Assembly (NCBI GenBank): GCA_015062925.1
Contig: SUTL01000001.1
Span: 3,668-67,667 of the forward strand
DNA from: Methanobrevibacter thaueri
Lineage (GTDB): Archaea; Methanobacteriota; Methanobacteria; Methanobacteriales; Methanobacteriaceae
DNA: 64,000 bases
Reading direction: 5' to 3'
Under the pieces are notes generated by a model. It saw nothing but the letters and a program-made list of their open reading frames with translations. It was not told where the DNA came from and did not search any database. How positions within the stretch are numbered: position 1 is the first letter of the stretch; each line of letters begins with the position of its first letter. Position numbers and translations under genes: made by a program. Below are positions 9,945 to 19,600 of this stretch, piece after piece.

Positions 9945-10382
9945 TCAATATTCTTTTTCTAAAATTATAGTTACCGGACCATTGTTTAACAGATTAACTT
10001 TCATGAATGCACCGAATTTTCCTGTTTCAACATCAACTAATTCTCCACATTTATTTGTGAAATAATCAAATAATTCTGTTGCCTTATCTGGTGCGAGGGC
10101 TTTGTGAAATGATGGTCTGTTTTTCTTTGTATGTGCATATAATGTGAATTGTGGAACTAATAATAATTTACCGTTTATATCAATTACTGATTTATTCATT
10201 CGTCCATTGTCATCTTCAAATATTCTGAGTTTTGCAAGTTTACGGGCTAAATATTCAGCTTCTTTAACTGTATCATTTTCTCCAAAACCTACTAAAACCA
10301 TTAATCCGTTATTAATTTCACCTATAATTTCACCTTCAACTTCAACACTTGCAGAGGTTACTCTTTGAACAACAAGTTTCAT
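9945..10382 (-). CDS. dtd: D-aminoacyl-tRNA deacylase (bacterial DTD1 type)
   Basis: VVQRV, LRIFED, PQFTL, RPSF, GKFGA and NNGPVT motifs. Confidence 0.95.
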   Translation of the reverse strand: MKLVVQRVTSASVEVEGEIIGEINNGLMVLVGFGENDTVKEAEYLARKLAKLRIFEDDNGRMNKSVIDINGKLLLVPQFTLYAHTKKNRPSFHKALAPDKATELFDYFTNKCGELVDVETGKFGAFMKVNLLNNGPVTIILEKEY

Positions 10383-10442
10383 TTTATTTTATTCCTCCTT
10401 TCTAAATTCCCCTAAGAAATTAATTTTAATACCGTTTTTAGC

Positions 10443-11642
10443 TCAATTATAATATTCTGCTGTTGCTGTGAATAACACGTCACTGGCAGAGTTAAGTGTT
10501 GTTTCACATGAATCCTGAATAACACCGATTATAAATCCCACTGCAACTGCCTGCATTGCAATATCACTGTTAACTCCAAAAAGGGAACATGCCATTGGTA
10601 CAAGAAGCATTGATCCTCCGGTAACTCCTGATGCACCACATGCAGCCAGGGTTGAAATAACACATAATAATATAGTTATATGTAATGGAATGGTAATTCC
10701 TATTGTATGGCAAATTGCAAGAGTCATTACAGTAATAGTTATTGCAGCACCATCCATATTAATTGCTGCACCTAAAGGAATGCTGATTGAAAAGAAATCC
10801 TCATTCAAACCTAAACGTTGACATAATTTCATATTAATAGGAATATTCGCTGCGGAACTTCTTGAAAAAAATGCTGTAATACCACTTTCTCTAAAACATG
10901 TGAATACTAATGGATAAGGGTTGCGTTTAAGAAGAATAGCTGAAATAATCGGGTTCATAATAAATGCGACAACCACAATACATAAAACAAGTAGGAATAT
11001 TAATTGTCCATATTGAATGAATATTTCAACTCCAGATTTACTGATTGATGTAAATACTAGTCCCATAATACCTATTGGTGCAAATTGAATGATTCCTTCT
11101 ACAACTTTAGTAATTGCACTTGCACAGTCATTTAAAACATTCATTGTATTTGAACTTGCAACTTTTTTTAATGCAAAACCAAAAACAACCGACCAGAATA
11201 ATATTCCAAGATATTGTCCTTGTGATAGTAAACCTATAGGATTTGAAAATACAGATAAAACCAGATTAGATAATTCATTATTAATATTTGGTGCAGTGGC
11301 ATTAATTGCTGTTGTGAGATGAATTGAAACTGGGAATGTGTAACTGAAAAATACTGCAATCAATGCTGCTAAAAAGGTACTTAATAAATATAAAAAAATA
11401 ACTATTTTAAACCTGCTCCCAATACCTGATTTTGCTTTTGAAATAGATGAAGATACTAATGCAAAAACTAATAATGGTGCAATAGCTTTAAGTGCATTTA
11501 CAAAAATTTCTCCAAAAAAACCTATAAATGACCATTTTGGAACAGTGAATCCTAATATTATACCGATTATTAAAAAAATAATAATTTTTAAAACAAGACT
11601 TGACTGAGTCCATTTTTCAACAATATTCATACTAATAACCAT
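10443..11642 (-). CDS. sstT: Serine/threonine:Na+ symporter (DAACS family)
   Basis: ALKAIAP, RSSAANIPIN, INMDGAA, GASGVTGGS and QDSCET motifs. Confidence 0.9.
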   Translation of the reverse strand: MVISMNIVEKWTQSSLVLKIIIFLIIGIILGFTVPKWSFIGFFGEIFVNALKAIAPLLVFALVSSSISKAKSGIGSRFKIVIFLYLLSTFLAALIAVFFSYTFPVSIHLTTAINATAPNINNELSNLVLSVFSNPIGLLSQGQYLGILFWSVVFGFALKKVASSNTMNVLNDCASAITKVVEGIIQFAPIGIMGLVFTSISKSGVEIFIQYGQLIFLLVLCIVVVAFIMNPIISAILLKRNPYPLVFTCFRESGITAFFSRSSAANIPINMKLCQRLGLNEDFFSISIPLGAAINMDGAAITITVMTLAICHTIGITIPLHITILLCVISTLAACGASGVTGGSMLLVPMACSLFGVNSDIAMQAVAVGFIIGVIQDSCETTLNSASDVLFTATAEYYN

Positions 11643-11648
11643 GAGACA

Positions 11649-12599
11649 TTAAATATTAATATTTTCTAAAACTTCATCTGTTGCATTTCTAACAGTGTGT
11701 GCTGCTTCAATAAATTCCTTTTTTTCAATATCATTCATATGAATTGGAACAATCATTGCAACACCATTTTTTGTAATAACTGCCGGAACACCAAGTGAAA
11801 CCTCATCAATCATTTCAATTTCACCTTCCAGATAACTGCTCACTGTTAAAACCCTATGTGAATCAGTAATCATTGTTGAAATTAAATTTGAAATTGCAAA
11901 AGCAGGACCATATTCAGTTGCTCCTTTTTTAGAAATAATAGTGTTTCCCGCACGTTTTAATTGTTCAACAAGTCCAGTAATATCCAAATTAACATATTCA
12001 ACGAAATATTTAAGAGGAATACCTCCAATTGTTGTTGAACTTAAAAGAGGAACCATATGATCTCCATGTTCACCAATAACCCTTGTGTGGACTTCAGAAC
12101 TGTTAATATCAAGATATCTTGAAAAATAATTTTTCAAACGTAATGAATCCAAGTGATTTCCAACACCAATAACTTTAGTTTTTTTAAATTTAGATGCTTT
12201 AAGAGCAACAGTTGTCATAACATCAACTGGATTAGTTGCAACTAAAATAATGGAATCCGGCGCATATTCTGCGATTTTTTCAGAGTAATATTTAACTATT
12301 TTCGCATTAGGAATAGCTAAATCCAATCTTTTCATACCTTCTTCCCTGTGAATTCCTGCAGTAATAAGTACAATAGCAGAACCTTCAATATCTTTAAAAT
12401 CACATGTTGGAGTTAACTTACAATCAATATCCCTTGCTGCTAATGCATCATACATATCATAAGTCTCTCCTTTAGCCCTATCAACACTTGCAGGTCTTGA
12501 AAACATAACAATTTCATCAACGGTATCTTCACGTGCAAGTGTAAAAGCAACATTTTTTCCGATAATTCCAGTTGAACCTAAAATACTTACTTTAACCAT
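11649..12599 (-). CDS. mdh: Malate dehydrogenase (LDH/MDH family)
   Basis: GSTGIIG Rossmann motif, TNPVD, LDSLR, IGEHGD, KGATEYGPA. Confidence 0.85.
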   Translation of the reverse strand: MVKVSILGSTGIIGKNVAFTLAREDTVDEIVMFSRPASVDRAKGETYDMYDALAARDIDCKLTPTCDFKDIEGSAIVLITAGIHREEGMKRLDLAIPNAKIVKYYSEKIAEYAPDSIILVATNPVDVMTTVALKASKFKKTKVIGVGNHLDSLRLKNYFSRYLDINSSEVHTRVIGEHGDHMVPLLSSTTIGGIPLKYFVEYVNLDITGLVEQLKRAGNTIISKKGATEYGPAFAISNLISTMITDSHRVLTVSSYLEGEIEMIDEVSLGVPAVITKNGVAMIVPIHMNDIEKKEFIEAAHTVRNATDEVLENINI

Positions 12600-12648
12600 A
12601 ATATATTATATTGGTTTTAAAGATAAAAATAATTTACTAAATAATTAT

Positions 12649-13326
12649 ATGCAATTTAAAATTAAATATAATACTATGGCAAATAATGAATTGAAACTTG
12701 AAACAAAATGTTATGATGCAAATGAATACGGATACCTTTATGGATTAAATCAAAAAATACCTGATGAAGAATTTGAAAAAGTAAAAAAATATTTCAAACA
12801 GTTTAAAAGAATGGATTTTAAAGAAGGCAATATTCAAGTAACTGGAAGACCTGAAGGATGGAGATGTCTTGAAAAAGATGTTGCGAAAGTTGAAGAAATA
12901 CTTGGAATAACAAATACTCTTAAATCAAGACAGGATAAAATCAGTAATGCATTCAAAGATCCTATTAAAAAAGCAAAATTAATAGATCAAAGTTATGAAT
13001 GGTTAAAAATGTTATTTGAAAAAGGAGGGACAAGACCTAAACAGGATTTATCACGACTAGTAATTCATTCAACAAAAATATATGATCCTCAGGACAGTTT
13101 TAAAAAAGGATTTGATAAAGGAGAAGGAGAATTATTCATTTACACTCCACATGGAATGTGGTATATTATAAATAATTCAGGAGAATTTGCCGATAAAAGT
13201 TTAAATAATGTTAAAACAATTCATGGTGGAGCTGTTGGTCATCGATTAATGTATGAAGATTTAATAGATAGATTAATCAGAATATATAGTGAAGAAAACT
13301 TATACACTGGAGAAAAATTATATTAA
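12649..13326 (+). CDS. Hypothetical protein (start probably ATG 12676)
   Basis: Long ORF with normal codon usage; no recognised motif. Confidence 0.7.
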   Translation: MQFKIKYNTMANNELKLETKCYDANEYGYLYGLNQKIPDEEFEKVKKYFKQFKRMDFKEGNIQVTGRPEGWRCLEKDVAKVEEILGITNTLKSRQDKISNAFKDPIKKAKLIDQSYEWLKMLFEKGGTRPKQDLSRLVIHSTKIYDPQDSFKKGFDKGEGELFIYTPHGMWYIINNSGEFADKSLNNVKTIHGGAVGHRLMYEDLIDRLIRIYSEENLYTGEKLY

Positions 13327-13341
13327 AGGATTCTGTTATTT

Positions 13342-14136
13342 ATGAGAAAAATTATAAATTCACATTGTCATATTTATCCTGAAAAAATTGCCAGCAAAGC
13401 AGTGATTGGAATAAGAGATTTTTATGATTTAGACATGTCATTAAACGGTAAATTAGATGATTTAATAAGAGATGGTAGTGCAGTTGGTGTTACACATTAT
13501 CTTGTTCATTCTGTTGCAACCACACCAAAACAGGTCAAATCAATAAATGAATTTATCGCAGATTCAGTGAATCAACATCCTGATTTATTCACAGGTTTCG
13601 GAACTCTGCATCCTGATAGTGAAGATATACAGGGAGATTTTGATTATCTGATTGAACTTGGTCTTAAAGGTGTTAAATTACATCCTGATTTTCAAAGATT
13701 TTCAATGGACAGTGACAAAGCATTTAAAATAGGTGAAGTTATAAATGAAAGTGATGTGCCGATGCTTGTTCATTGTGGAGATTTCAGATATAATTATTCT
13801 AATCCGAAACAAATTAAAGCGTTTTTAGATAAATTCCCAGAGATTACTTTTATTGGAGCTCATTTTGCAGGTTGGAGTGTTTGGGAGGAAGCTACTGAAT
13901 TATTAGTTGGTACTCCTAATTTATATGTTGATTTAAGTTCAAGTTTATATGCTTTAAGCCCTGAAACTGCATTGAAGTTAATTCATGCTTATGGTGCTGA
14001 TAGAGTATTATGGGGAACTGATTATCCTATGTGGGAATCAGTTAGTGAAATGGAATATTTTAATAAACTTGATTTAACAGATGAGGAAAAATCATTAATT
14101 TTATATGATAATGCGTTTAAATTATTGAAACTTTAA
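13342..14136 (+). CDS. Amidohydrolase family protein
   Basis: SHCHIY, GVKLHP, VHCGD, GAHFAG and WGTDYP metal-binding motifs. Confidence 0.9.
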   Translation: MRKIINSHCHIYPEKIASKAVIGIRDFYDLDMSLNGKLDDLIRDGSAVGVTHYLVHSVATTPKQVKSINEFIADSVNQHPDLFTGFGTLHPDSEDIQGDFDYLIELGLKGVKLHPDFQRFSMDSDKAFKIGEVINESDVPMLVHCGDFRYNYSNPKQIKAFLDKFPEITFIGAHFAGWSVWEEATELLVGTPNLYVDLSSSLYALSPETALKLIHAYGADRVLWGTDYPMWESVSEMEYFNKLDLTDEEKSLILYDNAFKLLKL

Positions 14137-14550
14137 TTTTTCAAATGCATTTATTGCTGGAGGAGTTAATAACTCTTCATTTATCATTTTTTTCACTTCT
14201 TCTTTGCTGAACCATCCATAATCATCATGTTCTTCACTTAGTTTAACTTTATTTGTCTTACATGTGACTTTCATGATTAATTGAATTGATTTGATAATTT
14301 CAGATGTTTTACATGCCTTGTATTCATTTTCAACTAGATTGTATAATGATTCTATGTTGATTTCAAGATTTGTTTCTTCTTGAAATTCTCTTTTCAATGC
14401 TTCGTCGAAAAATTCGGATTTTTTAACTTTTCCACCTGGAATTTCCCATTTACCTGGGTTGTGATGGGATTCTGGTCTTATTTTTAATAATAATATTTTT
14501 CCTTTAAATTCACATATTCCTCGTACGGTTAATCCCCATTGTGTTGTCAT
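14122..14550 (-). CDS. NUDIX hydrolase
   Basis: PGGKVKKSEFFDEALKREFQEETNL Nudix box. Confidence 0.92.
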   Translation of the reverse strand: MTTQWGLTVRGICEFKGKILLLKIRPESHHNPGKWEIPGGKVKKSEFFDEALKREFQEETNLEINIESLYNLVENEYKACKTSEIIKSIQLIMKVTCKTNKVKLSEEHDDYGWFSKEEVKKMINEELLTPPAINAFEKLKFQ

Positions 14551-14580
14551 AGTTTAAACTATCCTTATTTAGATTTTTAA

Positions 14581-14612
14581 AAAAAAAGATTTTTGTGGAG
14601 GAGAATTCCTCC
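14581..14612 (-). terminator. Hairpin plus T-run after the GGGtGRT gene
   Basis: ggagga-gaat-tcctcc stem (14597-14612) followed on the minus strand by a T-run. Confidence 0.55.
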
Positions 14613-14620
14613 TGTAATTT

Positions 14621-15619
14621 TTATTTCATCGCTTTTTCAACAGCAACTGCTACTGCTACTGATGCTCCAACCATTGGATTGTTTCCCATACCTATTAATC
14701 CCATCATTTCAACGTGAGCCGGTACGGATGATGATCCTGCGAATTGTGCATCTGAGTGCATTCTTCCAAGTGTATCTGTCATTCCATATGATGCTGGTCC
14801 TGCTGCCATGTTATCCGGGTGTAAGGTTCTTCCTGTTCCTCCTCCGGATGCAACTGAGAAGTATTTTTTATTTTGTGCTATGCATTCTTTTTTATATGTT
14901 CCTGCTACTGGATGTTGGAAACGTGTTGGGTTTGTTGAATTACCTGTAATTGATACATCAACACCTTCTAAATGCATTATTGCAACACCTTCTCTTACAT
15001 CATCAGCCCCATAACATCTTACTTTTGCTCTTTCACCATCAGAGTATGCTTTTTCTTTTATTATTTTCACTTCTCCAGTGAAGTAATCAAATTCTGTTTC
15101 AACATGTGTGAATCCGTTGATTCTTGAAATGATTAGTGCTGCATCTTTTCCAAGTCCATTTAATATTACTCTTAATGGTTTTTGTCTTACTTCATTTGCA
15201 GAGTTTGCAATTCCAATTGCTCCTTCTGCAGCTGCAAAACTTTCATGTCCTGCTAAGAATGCGAAACATTCACTTTCATCACTTAATAACATTGATGCGA
15301 GATTTCCATGACCTAAACCTACTTGTCTGTCATCAGCTACACTTCCAGGGATGCAGAATGCTTGTAGTCCTTCTCCTATTGCACGGGCAGCATCGGATGC
15401 TTTAACACAACCTTGTTTTATTGCAATTGCTGCTCCAAGTGTATATGCCCAGCATGCGTTTTCAAAACAAATTGGTTGAACTCCTTTTACAATTTCAGCC
15501 GGGTCAAAACCTTTATCCAGACAGATTTGTTTTGCTTCCTGAAGATCTTTTATATTATATTTTTCTAATACTGGAGTGATTTGATTAATTCTTCTTTCAT
15601 AACTTTCAAATAAACTCAT
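14621..15619 (-). CDS. GGGtGRT protein
   Basis: SVASGGGTGRTLHPDN signature; GHESFAAAEGAI. Confidence 0.95.
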   Translation of the reverse strand: MSLFESYERRINQITPVLEKYNIKDLQEAKQICLDKGFDPAEIVKGVQPICFENACWAYTLGAAIAIKQGCVKASDAARAIGEGLQAFCIPGSVADDRQVGLGHGNLASMLLSDESECFAFLAGHESFAAAEGAIGIANSANEVRQKPLRVILNGLGKDAALIISRINGFTHVETEFDYFTGEVKIIKEKAYSDGERAKVRCYGADDVREGVAIMHLEGVDVSITGNSTNPTRFQHPVAGTYKKECIAQNKKYFSVASGGGTGRTLHPDNMAAGPASYGMTDTLGRMHSDAQFAGSSSVPAHVEMMGLIGMGNNPMVGASVAVAVAVEKAMK

Positions 15620-15622
15620 TTT

Positions 15623-16330
15623 TTATTCACTCCTTGGATCTATTTTTTTAACTGCACTGTCAAATCTACCATATTGACCTGTTGCTTGTTCAATAGCTTT
15701 TAATGGGTCAATTCCATCTTTAATAGCATCTAACATTACACCTAAATTAATGTATTTATATCCTATGATTTCATCATCTTCATCAAGACCTATTTCTGTA
15801 ATGTATCCTTCGGTAAGTTCCAGATATCTTGGTCCTTTTGCTTTTGTAGAGTATATTGTTCCAACCTGACTTCTATGGCCTTTTCCTAAATCTTCAAGTC
15901 CGGCACCTATTTGAAGTCCTCCTTCTGAAAATGCAGATTGTGTTCTTCCATAAACGATTTGTAAGAATAATTCACGCATTGCAGTGTTGATTGCATCACA
16001 AACAAGATCTGTGTTTAATGCTTCAAGGATTGTTTTTCCAACAAGTATTTCCCCTGCCATTGCTGCTGAATGAGTCATACCAGAACATCCTAATGTTTCA
16101 ACTAATGCTTCTTCTATAATTCCATTTTTAACGTTTAATGTTAGTTTACATGCTCCTTGTTGTGGTGCACACCATCCGATTCCATGGGTGAAACCTGAAA
16201 TATCACTTATTTGTTTTGCTTTAACCCAGTTTCCCTCCTCTGGTATTGGAGCCGGGTCATGATTTGCACCCTTGTGAACAGGACACATATTTTCTATCTC
16301 AGTTGAATATATCATAATTTTTTTCTCCAA
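15623..16330 (-). CDS. NifU/IscU-like Fe-S scaffold protein (GGGtGRT partner)
   Basis: GWCAPQQGAC, GCSGMTHSA and DLVCDAIN motifs; 3 bp from the GGGtGRT gene. Confidence 0.88.
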   Translation of the reverse strand: MEKKIMIYSTEIENMCPVHKGANHDPAPIPEEGNWVKAKQISDISGFTHGIGWCAPQQGACKLTLNVKNGIIEEALVETLGCSGMTHSAAMAGEILVGKTILEALNTDLVCDAINTAMRELFLQIVYGRTQSAFSEGGLQIGAGLEDLGKGHRSQVGTIYSTKAKGPRYLELTEGYITEIGLDEDDEIIGYKYINLGVMLDAIKDGIDPLKAIEQATGQYGRFDSAVKKIDPRSE

Positions 16331-16410
16331 AAAAAATTTTTAGTAATTATTATAATAATTTAGTATTTGTTTTTTTTAATTAATGTATTTTTTTATGAAA
16401 TTATATTTTT

Positions 16411-17226
16411 TCACCAATCAGTTAAGTCTTTAGAAGTCATATTAACATTAAGTGGAGTTAAACTAGGTCTTTTTTCAATGAATAATGCATATCCATCACT
16501 ATCTTTTTCATATTCTTTAACAAGACCTGAAGTTATCATGATTAAATTATCCGTGTTTTGATTTTCATCTAGAGGATAGTTGAATATTTCTGATTTTTCT
16601 TCATCATTATTGTCAATGACTTTTTTATCAAGCATTTTATGGGATAATCTGGTAATTTTTACATCTTCGGATTCATAATTTGAGGGTATGTTTAGATTAA
16701 ATAAATCAACACCTTCTGGAAATCCTTGGTTTATTATTTTTAGAACAGTATCATGTAAAACTTTTTTTGCTAATGTAAAATCATAATCCACATACCATTC
16801 ACCGTTTTCATCCTGTTTATATGATGTTTTAGGGTCGATGAAAAGTGAAGTTGCAATAGCAGGTATTCCAAGACTAACTGCTTCAAAAGCTGCGCATACA
16901 GTACCTGATGATGTTATATCACAACTGATATTCACTCCTTGATTTATTCCGGTTATTACTAAATCCGGTTTTTCGTCCATTATATAATCTGCTCCAACAA
17001 TCACTGCATCTGCAGGACTTCCGGAAACACTGTAAGCAGGACTTTTATCTTCAAGTTCGCATTTTTTAAGTTCTAAATGTTTGAATAATGATAAGCGACG
17101 CCCAACACTACTGTTATTTTTATCCGGAGCCACTACATAAACGTTAGCTAAATCTTCAACAGCTTGTTTTGCAGCTAATATTCCTGGGGCATCAACTCCA
17201 TCATCGTTAGATATTAAAATATTCAT
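16411..17226 (-). CDS. surE: 5'/3'-nucleotidase SurE
   Basis: ILISNDDG, GSPAD, GINQG, SGTV, NLNIP. Confidence 0.95.
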   Translation of the reverse strand: MNILISNDDGVDAPGILAAKQAVEDLANVYVVAPDKNNSSVGRRLSLFKHLELKKCELEDKSPAYSVSGSPADAVIVGADYIMDEKPDLVITGINQGVNISCDITSSGTVCAAFEAVSLGIPAIATSLFIDPKTSYKQDENGEWYVDYDFTLAKKVLHDTVLKIINQGFPEGVDLFNLNIPSNYESEDVKITRLSHKMLDKKVIDNNDEEKSEIFNYPLDENQNTDNLIMITSGLVKEYEKDSDGYALFIEKRPSLTPLNVNMTSKDLTDW

Positions 17227-17439
17227 AAATTACCATTAACCTCCTTAAAAGATTATTTTAAAGAAATTTTATTTTCATGTTTTTAAATCTGTCAAGAATA
17301 TTATATATAACTTAGTTTTGTGGAAAAATTAATTAACATTGATTATCGGTGAAAAAAGATGATTGATTCAAATATAACAAATATTAAGTATTATGAAATT
17401 AATATTTATCCATAATCAAATATATTTTGGTGTATAGTT

Positions 17440-17736
17440 ATGGATTTCATTCTTGTTTTAGCAAATGTTGAGCCTAAAGAAGGTTGTTATGATAGTATTT
17501 TAGAAGTTTCCAATGAGTTGATTGATGAATCTTTACTTGAAGAAGGTAATGTTGATTATAAATTGTTAAAATCATTGGATGATAGTTTTTTAACTTTTGT
17601 TGAAAAATGGGAATCTCAGGAGGCTTTAGAAAAGCATATGCGTTCACCTCATTTTTTAAATTTTATGGATGAGTGTGATGAGTTTATTGAGAACATGACT
17701 GTTCAGGTTATAGATGCTAATATATTAGAGTTATGA
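17440..17736 (+). CDS. Antibiotic biosynthesis monooxygenase (ABM/YgiN-like) protein
   Basis: EEGN..Y..FVEKWESQEALEKHMRSPHF. Confidence 0.88.
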   Translation: MDFILVLANVEPKEGCYDSILEVSNELIDESLLEEGNVDYKLLKSLDDSFLTFVEKWESQEALEKHMRSPHFLNFMDECDEFIENMTVQVIDANILEL

Positions 17737-17888
17737 TGTAGATTACCTACATTGATTTCACTTCTTTTTTTACTAATCCTCATTATTTTAAAAACATTTT
17801 AAATTAAAATACTATTTTTCATATTAACCATTAATATAATTAAATGTAATTTCAACTAAAAGCTTATTAACAATGCAATGGAAAAATT

Positions 17889-18677
17889 ATGAATATGAAA
17901 ATATTCCTAAACACAGACAAAAATAATAATCTTGCAAAAAAAACAGAAAAAACAATCCACACTAAAGCAAAAGAATTAAACATCCAAATCACCAACCAAA
18001 TAACAGAATCTGACATTATATTTTCAATAGGAGGAGATGGAACCTTCTTAAAAACCGCAAGAATCGCATGTGAAAAACCCATACTCGGAATAAACACTGG
18101 AACACTAGGATACCTAACACAAACCAACCCCCAAAACCTTGAAAAAACATTAGAAAACCTGATTAACAACAACTACAGCATAGAAAAAAGAATGATGATA
18201 GAAGGACAAATCATTAAAAAAAACAAACAAAAAATCAGAATACCCGAATCATTAAATGAAATAGCAATTTCAAAAAACACATTTGGAATAATAAGATTCA
18301 ATGCAACAATTAATGGTAAATTAATTAATTCATACACCGCTGACGGCATACTGGTCTGCACACCCACAGGATCCACAGCATACAACCTATCCTGCGGAGG
18401 ACCAATAGCAGATCCAACAGCAGAAATTCTCACATTAACACCAATAGCACCACATACAATGATTAACAGAAGCATTATCCTTTCAGAAAATAGTATTATT
18501 GAAATTAAAATAACTGAACTAAGAGAAAACACAAATGCTTATGTATTATATGATGGAAAAGCAATTGAAATATTTAACGAAGATACAATACAAATTAAAA
18601 AATCAGATAAAATTACACGAATAATTAAATTTGAAGATAAAAGCTTCATCGACACAATTCGTGAAAAAATTAATTAA
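17889..18677 (+). CDS. nadK: NAD(+)/NADH kinase
   Basis: GGDGTFL, GINTGTLGYL, LNE, DG..TPTGSTAYNLSCGG. Confidence 0.93.
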   Translation: MNMKIFLNTDKNNNLAKKTEKTIHTKAKELNIQITNQITESDIIFSIGGDGTFLKTARIACEKPILGINTGTLGYLTQTNPQNLEKTLENLINNNYSIEKRMMIEGQIIKKNKQKIRIPESLNEIAISKNTFGIIRFNATINGKLINSYTADGILVCTPTGSTAYNLSCGGPIADPTAEILTLTPIAPHTMINRSIILSENSIIEIKITELRENTNAYVLYDGKAIEIFNEDTIQIKKSDKITRIIKFEDKSFIDTIREKIN

Positions 18678-18683
18678 ACTATA

Positions 18684-18911
18684 TTATTCAACAATAATAC
18701 ACTCATTAGGACAAATCGCCATACAAACTTTACAATTTCTGCAAACCTGTGCATCACGAACAAGAATCTTATCATCAGTTAAAATTAAAACATTATTAGT
18801 GCAGGCAATAATGCATTTTTCACATAAATCACAATTATCTGTTATAATCTTAATATGACATTCTTCAGATTTTTCATCCTTTTTTTTCTTGAAAAATGAT
18901 CCGATACCCAT
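18684..18911 (-). CDS. 2x[4Fe-4S] ferredoxin
   Basis: CDLCEKCIIAC and CRNCKVCMAICP. Confidence 0.88.
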   Translation of the reverse strand: MGIGSFFKKKKDEKSEECHIKIITDNCDLCEKCIIACTNNVLILTDDKILVRDAQVCRNCKVCMAICPNECIIVE

Positions 18912-18963
18912 AATTCTCTTATTAAATAGTTAATTTAAAAAAAATAAAATATTGAATAGGTTT

Positions 18964-19518
18964 TTAGAATTTTAAACCTAATTCATAAGCTTCTTTTAAT
19001 TTATCAGGTTGTTCTTCAGCAACAATACCTGCAGGACCAGCACTACCTGCATCCACATGACCAATTACTTCATAACCCATGAAAGTGAATGGTGAGAATT
19101 TGGTAAGTTCAATGTAGTCTTTATAAGTTCCTTCAGGTTGGTTTTCAGTGAATATTAATGCTGCTTTACCTGATAAGTTTTTATCTGGGTTTTGACCGAT
19201 TGCATAGAATCTGTCAATTATTAATTTACCCTGAGCTGACATTTGACCATAATAAATTGGTGTTGAAAATATAACTCCATCTGCTGCAACAAGATCATCA
19301 AGGATTTTATTTCCATCATCTGCTCTTATACATTCTGGGTTTTCAGCGCAGTGCATGCATGCTTTACATGGTGCGATTTCACATTTTTCTAAGAAGTATT
19401 TGGTTACTTCTCCTCCGTTTTCTTCAATTCCTTTTATCATTTCATCCATTAATACATCACAATTTCCACCAACACGTGGACTTGCTTGAAGTGCTACAAT
19501 TTTCATTTTAAAATACAC
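18964..19518 (-). CDS. Iron-sulfur flavoprotein (flavodoxin family)
   Basis: ASPRVGGN, CKACMHC..C, STPIYY. Confidence 0.88.
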   Translation of the reverse strand: MYFKMKIVALQASPRVGGNCDVLMDEMIKGIEENGGEVTKYFLEKCEIAPCKACMHCAENPECIRADDGNKILDDLVAADGVIFSTPIYYGQMSAQGKLIIDRFYAIGQNPDKNLSGKAALIFTENQPEGTYKDYIELTKFSPFTFMGYEVIGHVDAGSAGPAGIVAEEQPDKLKEAYELGLKF

Positions 19519-19600
19519 TCTCCATAATTATATGTGATTAAAATTATATACTTTAAATATTAAATAATTTGTTATTGAATTAAACATTTGATTCAAATAT

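Noticed and set aside
14122-14136. Short 3' overlaps of convergent genes (also 33701-33712, 35530-35538, 48537-48540)
   Set aside because: Common in compact AT-rich genomes; no evidence of a special function
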